Shown piece after piece: positions 1 through 12,149 of a DNA stretch of 64,000 nt. Below the pieces are notes generated by a model that was not told where the DNA came from, did no database searches, and worked only from the letters and a program-made list of their open reading frames with translations. The position numbers were made by a program, and so were the translations under genes. Position 1 is the first letter of the stretch. Each line of letters opens with the position of its first letter. This DNA is from Octopus vulgaris (taxonomy: Eukaryota), in the NCBI GenBank assembly GCA_951406725.2, contig OX597825.1, forward strand, positions 20,088,001 to 20,152,000. The letters are read 5' to 3'.

Positions 1-444
1 CAGCAAATGATGAGTGTATTTTATAGGTTTCATTTGTATAACTCATCCGAATAATTTCACTTCAAATTAAAAATTAATTGAAAATAAAATGTCTAGTGTT
101 TGTTAATATGATGTTACACATTTCTGCTATACGCTTGAGAATTCTTTGAAATCTACTTTATTTACATATATAATAAAAGAAAGTAATTGTTTCTTTGTGC
201 AGAAACTCATTATAACACCAAACAGTTTTACGAGCTGTCACGTCAGAATTGGCAAACACCACAATAATTCGGCGGTCAATCAACCTGCTGAAAACAAGCC
301 ATAAAATATCGGTTATGTTGAGCAATACTCTTTCTCATACATTTTGAATAACGGGATTTTTTATGAATGAAACGCCGTTCACGATAGTTTCCAAACTATG
401 TCTGTTCTGAATCTTCAAAGAAACACGGGGCTTTGCTTAATACT

Positions 445-825
445 TTGACTTGTCTTGAGACAGCATTCACCCGGGGTGGCTTGAGCTGGCTTCATTCATC
501 CTCAATGCGGCATCTTTCACAAACGCCGACCAGACCTGGTGATTTGAGGCTAACGACCGCGTGATCTCCAACCACTCCTTATTCCAGCGGCCAACGCCGT
601 AGACATGGGGGCCTAAGTTGGGTTCCTGATCAGACTTCACTGTCATCAGCCAGGTTTTTTGTTGTCCACCACTTCGTTTTCGCCAACCCTGAAGGGGAGC
701 TGGGGCAATTGCTTCGTAGATTAATTCTCCTGGTTGACGACGGAGGGCATGACCCAGCCAACGCAGACGTCTCGTTAGGATGACTTGTCGGAGGGAGGTG
801 ATTCTGCACTGGTGTCGCACCGAAG
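445..825 (-). mobile_element. 3' fragment of an RTE-clade LINE (C-terminus of the RT-containing ORF plus short tail)
   Basis: ORF 467..820 reads RRLRWLGHALRR...WRKRSGGQQKTW...LASNHQVWSAFV, matching the RWxGH / GxxxxTW / LAxDRxxW C-terminal motifs of RTE-group ORFs. A short CAAGA/CAAGT-type repeat tail follows the stop. Confidence 0.8.
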
Positions 826-1165
826 GATGCGGCGTAGACAGAAGTGATCATATGCCTCGCTTTATTCACTGAGGCAGGGTCTTGCACATACACTGCATGT
901 GAGCATCATAGGAAGAACATTCTCTTCTAGAGGTGTAACAGCGATGCCCTTCCTGTCATCCCTTCTCACTTTCTCATGCGCAACTCGAGATTTCTCAAAA
1001 GTAGCTGTCCCCTTGTGCACAATCCTCCTCTACATGCTACGATCAATAGCTATGCCCTCTTTTCTGGAGAGTTAGCTAAAGGAGAACGACCTCCACATAA
1101 ACCAAAAAGAGGTATAAGGACTTGCTGAGGGCTTCCTTAAGAGATGCTTGCATCTCTCCTGACAC
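826..1165 (-). mobile_element. Second RTE (BovB-like) LINE 3' fragment with an inverted 5' segment
   Basis: Minus strand ~1060-850 translates EGIAIDRSM*RRIVHKGTATFEKSR...RRDDRK...LTCSVCARPCLS (AxDRxxWR..G...FE..R plus a terminal CxxC motif). Plus strand 1069-1165 translates, with one frameshift, ELAKGERPPHKPK(K)RYKDLLRASLRDACISPD, the motif that normally precedes it. Confidence 0.7.
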
Positions 1166-1256
1166 ATATACATACATAAATAAATACATACATACATACA
1201 TACATACATACATACATACATACATACATACATACATACATACATACATACATGCA
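1166..1256. repeat. (ACAT)n microsatellite
   Basis: Tandem catacataca... read directly. Confidence 0.95.
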
Positions 1257-2569
1257 TGCATAAATACTTACAAACATACCATATATAAATATATGTCTAT
1301 AGATTGATAGAGAGATAGATATGGTTCATGTAGACGAGTATACTGCTCGAAAAGTTGACGAGTGCTTGTCATTTTAAAAGCACCAAAGATCGAAGTGACG
1401 TAGCAGGATTTGATCTAAGAACATGAATGGATGCTATTATATGCTGACAATTGTGTTGTTCGCCATTCAAACAATTCTGTAATATCCACCATTTCATTGA
1501 TATCTAAGAGAATTATCAATCATTGGTTTTGAGCTCAAATTCTGCTCAAGTTAAGATTAACCTAGCTGAAAATAGGCTGAATGAGGATGTCAAAAGCCGT
1601 AGAGAGACAAGAGTGTTGACAGAATGTTTACAATATAAGTGTCATTCATTATTTTAACCTTTGTTCCTATTAAATGTCACTAGTGCGTAAGTGGTTATAC
1701 ATAACAGTCACACACAACTCTTCCACAATAACCGTCAATAATGATTTCCTGCTCAATCCATTTGGCTTATTATATACACTGTCAATAACCAGGCATTATT
1801 ATATGCTGCAGTGTAAAATTGGTAGAAAGCTATTAACGGTTAATTCTCTTCAATACACAGTAGAAAAGTCAGACATGCAAAACTTGTTAAATTTAATTAC
1901 CGACCAACATTACATTTTGCAAATGCACCAAATGCTAATTGCTCAATGCTAATAGACAATCGAAATCGCCTGGCAATTTTTCCTAAATATTTTATGCACA
2001 ACCTTTATCTATGCGTGTTAGCAATAATTATTTCAATAACATATTAGTTATCATCATCGCCATCGCTATCTTCATCAATATTGTATTGTAGTGGATATAG
2101 ATATATTCTAACACGTATCTAAGTATCTTCCTTTCGTCTTTCTTTTTATTATAGTTATCACTTTTCATCTGTTGTTGCATCCTGGCTTCGTCAAGTGATT
2201 GTTGACTTCAGTAACATTCTTACAATTTACAGCTAAACCCTTTATAAAATGCACTGGGGTCGATCCTTTCCGTTTTGTTGCACCCAGCAGATGGGAGTGT
2301 AGTCTGTAATTAGCTAGTCTACCACATCTGAGGCCGTTTCTTCTTTCTGCTTCAACCAGGGTATTTATAGTTTAGATAACCTAAGATTGAAATCCCACTT
2401 AATGTCTATAGTCACTATCTAGTGCAGGAAAATTAAGTTACATAAATTAGAAGCTTTAATGTTAAACCATTCAATGTAATGTTCTTTCCTATTTAATGAT
2501 CCGTAATTGGTGTTCATCTCTATGCTTAGCCTAATAAACTGCTTATCAAGTTGGCACGTTCCGATGTGA

Positions 2570-2930
2570 AAAATGGAGACAATTAGAAAAGGTGCACAAA
2601 AATTTGGCATGAATGTCAAACCGTCTAGATATATGGGTCTTAATTTTAAGCCATGTTGAACTTCAAAACCATCGATCAATTCTGAGACAATACGACGACC
2701 GATGAAACGAAAAGGATACGTCGTTTTTTTGTCAGACAATCCAACACAACCGTTAGAGAAAATATCAGTTACATAAGATATTCTTCAACTGGAATTTTCA
2801 TTCCTAAACCAAATATCATTTAACGCAAGGAGTAATTGAATCCAGTAATATTTTAGAACTTTATACTAACAAGGATTTGACTGTATCAAGATTGACCAAA
2901 TAGAAAAAGAAAAGCTAGAGCGGTTAAACG
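2570..2930 (+). pseudogene. Possible heavily decayed Gypsy-type integrase C-terminus
   Basis: Broken-frame snippets QLEKVHKNL (cf. xERFHRxLK) and GFDCIKIDQIEKEKL (cf. xxDTVSIDRLKPAxL) lie in the expected order. The sequence is very degenerate. Confidence 0.25.
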
Positions 2931-3354
2931 CAATGTCATTCAACAGTCACCGGTAAACGTTGGTGTCGGCATCAGCACTTAGGTTCCTCTTGGGAAGCAA
3001 TCTGAGAAAATTATTTCAGCTTCGTAATTTTGCCTTCAAACATAGACGTATTTGCTACCTTTGGAGATGTATCTTTGAAACTACCTATGATACAGACTAA
3101 CAAATGAAGATGAGAAATGAGACAAGAATTCAAGAAAGCCAAACATCACAAATCAAAAAAGCCAGTCAAGTCTCGTTTAATTAAACAATCTCTTCTGTGG
3201 AAAACTGTGGCTTTCTACCAAAGTTACGAAAATCTTATGTAGTAGTAGTAGGTAAGAGCGCGGGCTACTAATCCCAAGATTCCTGAATAGTAATAATAAT
3301 AATAACTTCGAAAAATACGTTAGGAATGAGGACCGGGGTGGGAAATTTCCCCAA

Positions 3355-3400
3355 GACACCTGATGAAGGCTGGAGAGTGTATCAGCTGCAACGTTGTGTT
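3355..3400 (+). ncRNA. Minimal type-I hammerhead ribozyme motif, degenerate (GAAA>GCAA)
   Basis: GACAC-CUGAUGA-a-GGCUG-gagaguguau-CAGCU-GCAA-CG-UU-GUGUU. Stem I is GACAC/GUGUU, stem II is GGCUG/CAGCU, stem III is the palindrome ACGU. Confidence 0.65.
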
Positions 3401-3669
3401 AACAACAAACAAGATAAGGAAAAATATCCGTCAAATGTAAATAATGTAAATAAAAGATATCTACATACGTAAAATTGCATAACCTGAAGGCAATCCGAGT
3501 AGAGACGGGTGCAGGTATAATGCAGCTAGAATTTTGGAAAATATATATTGACTAATTCTTGGAATATTCATATTTTGTTCCCATAAATCGCTGCAGTATA
3601 GAGATACGAGTTACGTAACGTACAATCTGCACATGTATCTAGTCAATATAATAACTTTTGATTCACAAA

Positions 3670-4248
3670 CAAAGGCAATACTTTTGAAGCAAACAGGATT
3701 AGTCGTATCATCGACTGCAGAACTGACTGGCATTTAATTTTAAGTATATGGAAAGGAATGGAGGCGCAATGGCCCAGTGGTTAGGGCAGCGGACTCGCGG
3801 TCGTAGGATCGCGGTTTCGATTCCCAGACCGGGCGTTGTGAGTGTTTATTGAGCGAAAACACCTAAAGCTCCACGAAGCTCCGGCAGGGGATGGTGGTGA
3901 TCCCTGCTGTACTCTTTCACCACAACTTTCTCTCACTCTTACTTCCTGTTTCTGTTGTACCTGTATTTCAAAGGGCCGGCCTTGTCAGTCACGCTGAATA
4001 TCCCCGAGAACTACATTAAGAGTACACGTGTCTGTGGAGTGCTCAGCCACTTACATGTTAATTTCACGAGCAGGCTGTTCCGTTGATCGGATCAACCGGA
4101 ACCCTCGTCGTCGTAACCGACGGAGTGCTTCCATATGGAAAGGAATAAAAAGCAAATTTGACTTCAGCGAGATTTGAACTTATAAAATCTTTGAAGAAAT
4201 GCTCAAGGCATTTTCTCCAAAGTGCTTATGACTCACCCAGCTCACATC
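3670..4248 (-). mobile_element. Old SINE family B copy split by the SINE A insertion
   Basis: The flanks (…tagtcgtatcatcgactgcagaactgactggca… | …aaagcaaatttgacttcagcgagatttgaact…cccagctcac) join into a diverged reverse complement of family B. Confidence 0.6.
3760..4132 (+). mobile_element. tRNA-derived SINE family A, full length, 14-bp TSD
   Basis: tRNA-like head with A box TGGCCCAGTGG and B-box-like GGTTTCGATTCC. TSD atatggaaaggaat at 3746-3759 and 4133-4146. Near-identical copies at 22535 and 56114. Confidence 0.92.
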
Positions 4249-4971
4249 CTGATAACTGGACCATATAATGTAGGACTTTTTTTTTTGTATTTGTTAGTTA
4301 TTGTATTGAAATATTAAGTCAACTGAAAATATTAATCCGGGTCTGACTTTATATTATCGAAGTTTTTGTGATCGATTTAATCTTATGTCTGATAGAAACA
4401 AAATATCGTAAAACATATTACGACAGCGAATATTCGAAGTATCTATTAGTTATATGGCTGTTTTTATTTCATAAAATATGTTCGAGAATAAGAAGAGGAA
4501 TTTTATGTTTTCTGGCTTCCAATTTTTTTATACTGAATGAATTAACATTAATTTCTTTTTCCTTATCCTTTGTCCTATTCTTTTTCTCTGTGGTTTTGTA
4601 AAGAGAATGTTAACAGTTTGCATAAATGGAAAAGCGTTAGATTAAATACCGTGCCGTGTTTCAATTCTTTTCATTACATAGCTTTCAGATTTTGGCTCTA
4701 GGCCATCAAATTTTAGGGAGAGGTAAGCCGATTACATCAGTCCAGTACTTGACTGGCACTTGCTTTAATGGCCTTAAAAGGATGAAAGGGCAAGGGAGAC
4801 CTCAGCAGGTTGGAACTCAAATCGTAAAGATGGATGAACTGCCTATTTCGCCCGGCGTGCTAACGATTCTATCTCCTCACTGCCTAATTTTTTGTTTCTT
4901 ACGTTGAAAGACAAAATCTGTTCAGTGTATCTGCAGAAGGCGAGCTTTTTAAGGCGTCGAGCTGTTAAGGA

Positions 4972-5188
4972 GGCGAGCTGGCAGAAACGTTAGCACGCCG
5001 GGCAAAATGCTTAGCGATTTTTTGTCTGCCGTTACGTTCTGAGTTCAAATTCCACCTATGTCGACTTTCATCCTTTCGGGGCTGGTTAATAAGTACCAGT
5101 TACGCACTGGGGTCGATGTGATGGACTTAGTCCCTTTGTATATCGTTGTTTATCCCCTCTATGGTTAGCCCCTTGTGGTCAATAAATA
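4972..5188 (+). mobile_element. tRNA-derived SINE family B
   Basis: ggcgagctggcagaaacgttagcacgccgggc…gagttcaaattcc (B box)…tcatcctttcgggg…taagtaccagttacgcactggggtcgat…ttagccccttgtgg. More than 12 copies in the window. A decayed opposite-strand copy lies at ~4690-4885. Confidence 0.9.
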
Positions 5189-5214
5189 ATTCATTGTATC
5201 TGCAAAATAGTATA

Positions 5215-5449
5215 CAGTAATTCCTCTCTATATAGCGGTTCATCTCGCGGTTCACCTATCAGGCCTTTACTATTTAAACTTACATCCATTCCTCTGTGGT
5301 GTTGTTTTGCGTTTATAATAAAATATATACAAATTATAAAAATTTAAAGAAATATATATATACAATACCATGCTGTTTCTACTTCACTGTTTTTCACCTA
5401 CCGCGGGGTAATTTGGAATATAACACCCGCGATAGTAGAGGGATTATTG
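5215..5449. mobile_element. Tc1/mariner (Tigger/pogo-like) MITE
   Basis: Imperfect terminal inverted repeats (TIRs) cagtaattcctctctatatagcgg / cgcgatagtagagggattattg, with TA on both sides (5213-14 and 5450-51). Confidence 0.7.
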
Positions 5450-6637
5450 TAAATGAATCTCCGTTGATTTTAGTTTTGAGTTTTCACTTGTATAATCAAG
5501 TGATTCAACGAATAAGTGGTTGAGTATTCCTCAGATACGAGTATCGATAAATAACACTTTGGTATGTGAAAAGGTTTTACTTTTAAATTGCAAGTAAAAT
5601 AATTCAGTTGATGAGCTTTTAATATAGCTTCCGTTTACACAATTTCGATCGCAATGGTTTGGCGCGACCTGAATATAAAAAGGAACGACATCCAATATAC
5701 CGTGTAATTGAATCGAAACTATGACCCTTTGAGGTCAATGCGAATTTCTTAACCATTGAACCATACTATGTCATCCGATAAGTCTATTACATTATATATT
5801 TGTAAGTAATACATGACTGTTGTCCATAACATACAACTGAGCTGTTCAAAGCAACGCAACAAAATCTAAACCAGAGCAATACCTTTGAATGAATTAATAG
5901 ATTTTTTTAACTATTAACTATTGACGTCAGCTCTGAAGATTTTTTTTCTGCACAATGCTTGCATGTTTCATCCGGTCGGTCACTCTGACGCAAAGTACTA
6001 TTAATATATAGTGAAATTTTTTTATCATTGACAACATAAAAACATTGGAAATTCAGAAAGACTTAGAGATATAATATACAAAAAAAATACATATAATATA
6101 CTTTGAACCTGAACACAAACGTCAGCACATACGGTTGCATGTACGGTAAGGTAAGCATACTATTTTTTGACTTAGATTTGCTGTTTGAAATTGTGAATAT
6201 AGTGATAATTAAAAACAAAACATAGATGCAGTAAAGGACCCACGAGACGGTTTTGTAACACGTTTGAATATATTTCATTTCATTTCGTTTACGTCAGAAA
6301 TGGACGCAAAGAAAAACATTCGGATCACCACACCACTCCGCTATTCACCGAAAATAGAAATTTGGTTGTGAACGAAGTAGCGCAGACGACAAATAGCCGG
6401 ATTATATTTTTCAATTGAAATTGTTTTCACTTGTTTATGCTGCTGGAAGAATGACACAAACGCTACACTATTTTATTGCTCTCCTATGTAAATTCGATGC
6501 CTTCTGTTCAGGTAAAAAGAAACCAATATTGCACGCAATAAATATATCTCTTTCAAATTTGAACTCAAATAATAATAATAATAATAAAAATGATATATAT
6601 TCACACACATATTTATATACATACGCATAGTTATACA

Positions 6638-6639
<2 letters not shown>

Positions 6640-6703
<64 letters not shown>

Positions 6704-6730
6704 TATATGTATTATATATACATACATACA

Positions 6731-6770
<40 letters not shown>

Positions 6771-6945
6771 TTAATATATATGCATATATGTATTAATATA
6801 CATACATATATATATATACACAAACACACACACATATATATGTACATATATATATATACATACATATATATATACACAAACACACACACACATATATATA
6901 TACATATATATATATATACACACATATATATGTATATATATACAT

Positions 6946-6976
<31 letters not shown>

Positions 6977-7015
6977 CATACACACACACATATATATGTA
7001 TATATATATATACAT

Positions 7016-7076
<61 letters not shown>

Positions 7077-7086
7077 CATATACACA
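6640..7086. repeat. Compound (TA)n/(CA)n microsatellite block
   Basis: Read directly. It produces the IYIY/HTHT pseudo-ORFs. Confidence 0.95.
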
Positions 7087-8159
7087 TGAGGACGTTTCTA
7101 AAAAATAACCGACAAATTGTTTACAGTTTATACTAAAATATAATTTTACCTTTATTTTAATAGACAAATGAAAAAAGTATAAAAAGAATCATTTGCAAAA
7201 CTCGTGAAAATGGAAATCACATAACATTTGAATGGATACTGAAAGAGAAACGAATTTTAAGGCTTTGATATTCCTTTCTATTTTATTTAAAATAGTTTCA
7301 GTATTTCGTAAAATCCATTGCAGATGAATTCTTTCTTTTTTTATTTTTTCTGCTTCCTTTGTTTATTGGTTTCTTCTTTTTGTTTTTTTCGAATGAGGTA
7401 GGAAGGAATTTTGCAATAAAGCTATCAGCCATAATATAACTGTAAATGTGAACCAAAAATTTCCCTGGTAGGGAATTCAGATCTAAATTAGAAAACAAAT
7501 AATCAATTCTTCATATATATTGAGCAATTTTCTATAATATTGTTTAGTTTAAGAGATAATAAATTATTTGCTTTGTTTGTTTTTTATTTTGTTATTCGTT
7601 TTTTCTTTTTCCATCTTAATAGTATTATTATTTTTTTTTTTCGTCATGTGTTGTCATAAATAATGTTAATTTGTGAAACATTTTCCTTCGGAATTTTTTA
7701 TTTTTGAACGAAGTATAATATGATAAAACATAACGAAATTGTCTGTATAAAATAAAAGTTACGCTTCTAAGCAAACCTTTGTCGTCATACCAACAAAAGG
7801 ATGACATATTTTCTCTCTATCTGACAGAATCATGGGTGTTTTAACGGCGTAGATCCCTTGTTATAAATATATAGAACATAAATATCTCCACTTGTATGCA
7901 TTGTTCATACTATATAGCAAGTAATATTGTGCTTTATGTTAAGAAATACGTTGTGCATGTTACGTTCATGAATCCAAAAATATAAAATAGCTGTCAGTTT
8001 ACAGAGCTATATGCACACAAATCTCCTGTTGTGATGTGCTATGAATAAAATGGGTTTAGTACATCTGTTTATAAAGGTTTTCATTGACATTGATCAGTGA
8101 AATCACGCGCATGTGTTTGCGTGTAGATGTGTGTGTATAAAGAAGTGAAGCAGTTGAAT

Positions 8160-8460
8160 CCGAGGATATTTAGATATAGTTTGCCTCCACAAATGTCAAA
8201 TACAAAATACATGGCACAGGGAAATTAACAAGTATGGTGCGAGAAGCGGAGAAACCTGATTGTAGTTTTAATAGGAGAAGCGAGGAATCGCTACCCGAGG
8301 GTGGTGAAGAAAAAGGATAAGCGCAGTATGAAGGGTGGAGGCAATAAATTTGGTAAATTTCAGGGTTAGGGATGGAGATAATAAGAAATAGAACAAGGTG
8401 AATAAGGCAGAGCTGAACGGATGAGTAAAAAAATTGTGTGCCTTTGTTTGTACGTACAAT
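8160..8460 (-). pseudogene. Possible decayed LINE (CR1/L2-like) ORF2 C-terminus
   Basis: Minus translation ALFTLFY…HPRVAIPRFS…HVF loosely resembles the SLFY…HPxxVxxPRxRT…WNSLPxxVF terminus. A similar stretch occurs at ~55880-56070. Confidence 0.3.
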
Positions 8461-8609
8461 AGGGAAAATATCTAGTGTTAAAGGTCAAGAAATTAAATTA
8501 GTCGTAGTCGAGCGTTATTGTTGATCACAACATGGATAATGATACATCATAATAAACTTAGAAATACGAATTGTTACATGACAAGTTGTGCTAACTTCTA
8601 TTGTACTAA

Positions 8610-9020
8610 GGCGATGAGCTGGCAGAAACGTTAGCACGCTGGGCGAAATGCTTAGCGGTATTTCGTCTGTTCCGAGTTCAAATTCTGCCGAGGTCGACTT
8701 TGCCTTTCATCCTTTCGGGGTCGATAAATTAAGTACCAATTACACACTGGGGTCGATGTAATCAACTTAACCCGTTTGTCTGTCCTTGTGTGTCCCCTCT
8801 ATGTTTAGCCCCTTGTGGGCAATAAAGAAATAAGAAACGTTAGCATATCGTGCAAAATGCTTAGTGGCATTACTCCCGATTCTTTATGTTTTTGATTTTA
8901 AATTTTGTTGAAGTCAGCTTTGCTTTTCATCCTTTTAATGTTGATGAAATAAAGTAGCAGTCACGTGCTGAGATCGATGTAATCAATTTGTCCCTTCGTT
9001 CAAAACGTGCTGGTCTTGAA
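8610..9020 (+). mobile_element. SINE family B, dimeric copy
   Basis: A family B monomer followed directly by a second, more diverged unit starting gaaacgttagc at ~8834. Confidence 0.85.
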
Positions 9021-10780
9021 CCCTGCTATGGGACAGTGTAACGTTCGAGAGAATGTTGTGCTCGCTTACAAGCCATAGAAATCGCATATCCAGCTTACGA
9101 GCCTTATACCTCATGAAAGCAATATTGTACTGCATTGCAAATGTCAATTATGGGAGGGAATTACTAAATTATTTATAATGTGAAATCTAAGTGCAATGCT
9201 GTTGGGGTTGATATAGACTACAAAACAGAAGATATGTGTTCACCATGTGTGCTTGGATCATAAGATGTTAGCTAATTCAAAGGGGCAGATTGGCACCTGA
9301 GAACAATGCTTGAGTAAAATGTATGCCTATTGTCTAGGTGTTGTATTTGTGAATGAATTGTTCACCATCCTTTCAATGTAGTGTAGCATGTTTGAGTATT
9401 AGCACTGAGATGTAGAATAAGCCTAATCTTAGTGACAAGGTTTGAATAGTGATATTTTATATCGGTTGTGTACTATACTTTTGAATTCTTCCTGTAGTAA
9501 AAGTTGTAAGGAAGAGTTCGAATATAATATATATTTCGTACTGATTTTAGAACAGGATAAAGTAATAGAAGTTAAAGTCGATTTAAACTAGAAATATGGA
9601 GTATCCAAAAGTGATACAAATCATCTGGTCGGGCGTTCAACCAATTCCGCCAACATATTTCCCACCTTTTCTCTCACTTTCGCTACCCTCATTGTCTATT
9701 TCGTTCCTTATTTCACTTGAATAAATCTATATGTACTCCAGTAATGCACAATGTGAATTTCCCGATAGTTTCATTCAATTCCCCACGATATTTTCACAGC
9801 TGACTCGTATAATATTAGATCTATAAAACGAACATCGATAACGTTATGAGCTGGGGTAAGATTTAGTAGCACCGATCCAAGTTTAGCCGTTCGATAAATT
9901 AAGTAACAGATTGAGAAGATAGGATTTCAAGGATCCAATGCGTTATGTTAAACTGAAATGATTGATCAGATTTCTATATTTCTGAAACAAATGTGGATTA
10001 CTGACTATTAGCTTAACCGTATTTAATCCAGCAGCAAAACAATCCATCAGTTGATATATTTCTAACCGTAAATATATTTATCTTTTCGTTGGGGTTCAAT
10101 AACATATTTACTGTCACTATTCTGGCGATGCTTCCATGAAGATGCAGTTTATAGTTTACTGGAGACCTTTGGGGGGGAATTCTACTACAAAGCGCAAATT
10201 GTTCTCGAAGGCTCAGTCTTCAGCAAATAGAGAGTATATACCTCGAGCTAGTAATAGCTACAATTGTAGGCACATAGCTGTAAGCTTCAAAATTGATGGT
10301 TGATATGCTAGTTTCTGTTAATGATGTTAGATTCCAAATATAGAAACAATATATGCCGTGAATCCTATGGAGAGCGATTTTTCTCTTTTATCAGATAAAT
10401 AAACGAAAGATAGTAACGAGAATTTATCTTTTGTATGTTGAAGGGCTTCGAAAGAAGATAATTCCCGAAACTTCTACTTACGTGTTGATTTTTCTTCGTG
10501 TGTGTGAGAGAGAGAGTATTTTTTTAGCCACTTTTGCGCTTCTTTTCAGCATTAAACTTAATTTATAACAGGATTTTCCCGAATCTATAACTAGATACCG
10601 CTTTACTGCTACTGCTCCAACTAAAACTATTATTGCTACTAATACTACGTATACACTCTCTGAAATATACAAACACACATGTCTCTCTCTCTTTCTGCCA
10701 TTCTCTCTGTCTTTCTCTGTCTCTATCTCCCCCTCTCTCTAAATATATATATATATATATATATATTATACAAACACGAA

Positions 10781-10936
10781 GCGTGGAAGGTGTTTATAAG
10801 CCATTTAAAATCACACAAATCCCGTTAGATTCACTTCAGCATTTAGATTTATTCTGTCAAAATATTTCGTCGCTGCAATTGTTTTGTTTCAGCACACGAT
10901 CTTAAATCAGGTCACTTGCTATGCAAGTACATCTCC

Positions 10937-10939
<3 letters not shown>
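10781..10939. mobile_element. Short repeat element between TA tracts, rearranged relative to the copy at 33545-33797
   Basis: 10781-10873 matches ~33612-33705 on the same strand. 10870-10938 is the reverse complement of ~33546-33614. Confidence 0.8.
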
Positions 10940-10970
<31 letters not shown>

Positions 10971-11027
10971 AGAATTCACCAAAAGATGAAGACTGATGAC
11001 GTAGACAATAAACAGAAGTGAAAAAGT

Positions 11028-11063
11028 CTTTAGCGTTTCAAGCCTACGTTCTTCCACAGAAAG
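11028..11063 (-). ncRNA. Degenerate HHR-like motif, U6-variant family
   Basis: Minus: CUUU-CUGUGGA-a-GAAC-guag-GCUU-GAAA-CGCU-AAAG. Same element as 40978 and 49791. Confidence 0.45.
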
Positions 11064-11120
11064 GAACACAAAAAGAAACAAGTAGAGAAAATAAAGAATG
11101 TGTAGTGGCTAGCGAGCTAG

Positions 11121-11153
<33 letters not shown>

Positions 11154-12149
11154 TTCAAACATGCGCATATACATATATGAACGTATAAACTAAGAATGAC
11201 GCATTCACATATCTCTAAAAAGGCCTCGGCATTTTGTTAGTAATCAGTTCGAATTCTGCAGAGAATGATAGATACATATACTTTGATTGTGTACACTTGT
11301 AATACTTTTACTTCATTAACTGTCATACAACTTGTCCGAAATATTCGTTCAGGTAAAAGCATTTAGTTTATGCTGAAAGTCCGAATTTTCAGTAAATAGT
11401 AGAGCAGCAATTTAATTGTCTAATCGCATTCATTCAAGTGCGTACTTTATGATTTTCCCCGTTTAGTTATAGTAACGCAAGTATCATAACTATAAGCGAA
11501 TCAGTATCAGTTGACTTAACTATGCTCAACCTCCTACAGAGACCGTATACATAATGAAAGAGAAATTAATGGTCTGAACAGAAATATAATTCATGCTACT
11601 TAACAACGATCATCCAATCTATAGAGACAAATACATATCACAAATACGTGATTCACTAATTTCTGTTTGGAACCTATCATAACCGTTGATGCATAATGAC
11701 TATAGATAGACTAAAGTAAATAACATCTTTGTCACTTGGAGTCGCAGAAAACCTGTAATAGCTACTAACAGTGTCTACGAAACTCAAACAGAATTTAGAC
11801 ATAGTGATTACTATAGTGTCCATATTCATGGCATGAAAGTCTGGTAAACCACATCGATAATTAATTCGCCATTGTCATTTTTTTTTCAGCGAGAATATCA
11901 TCAGACATATGATACTCTATCTGTTGGTCTGTCTCTACATTAAAGCTCCATTAAGTCTTCGCTGTCAACATTTTAAAAGACAAGTGGAAATTAATATTTG
12001 TATTAGAGAACTATTTTTCCTGAAGCAAGTGAAATTTGGAGGTTGTGCATTTGGGGAGAAAATTATTACATTATAGGTCTTCGACCATTGTTTGTCTTGG
12101 AGCACATTTTGTCGACATTACTGTGTGACATCTACAGAAAAGGGCCAGA

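Noticed and set aside
3760-3835. tRNA gene
   Set aside because: It is the tRNA-derived head of a SINE: it continues into a 370-bp repeat with TSDs and lacks a proper acceptor stem.
5920-6420. Promoter (TGACGTCA site, CpG-richer stretch)
   Set aside because: There is no linked gene or transcription-start evidence, and the motifs are expected by chance.
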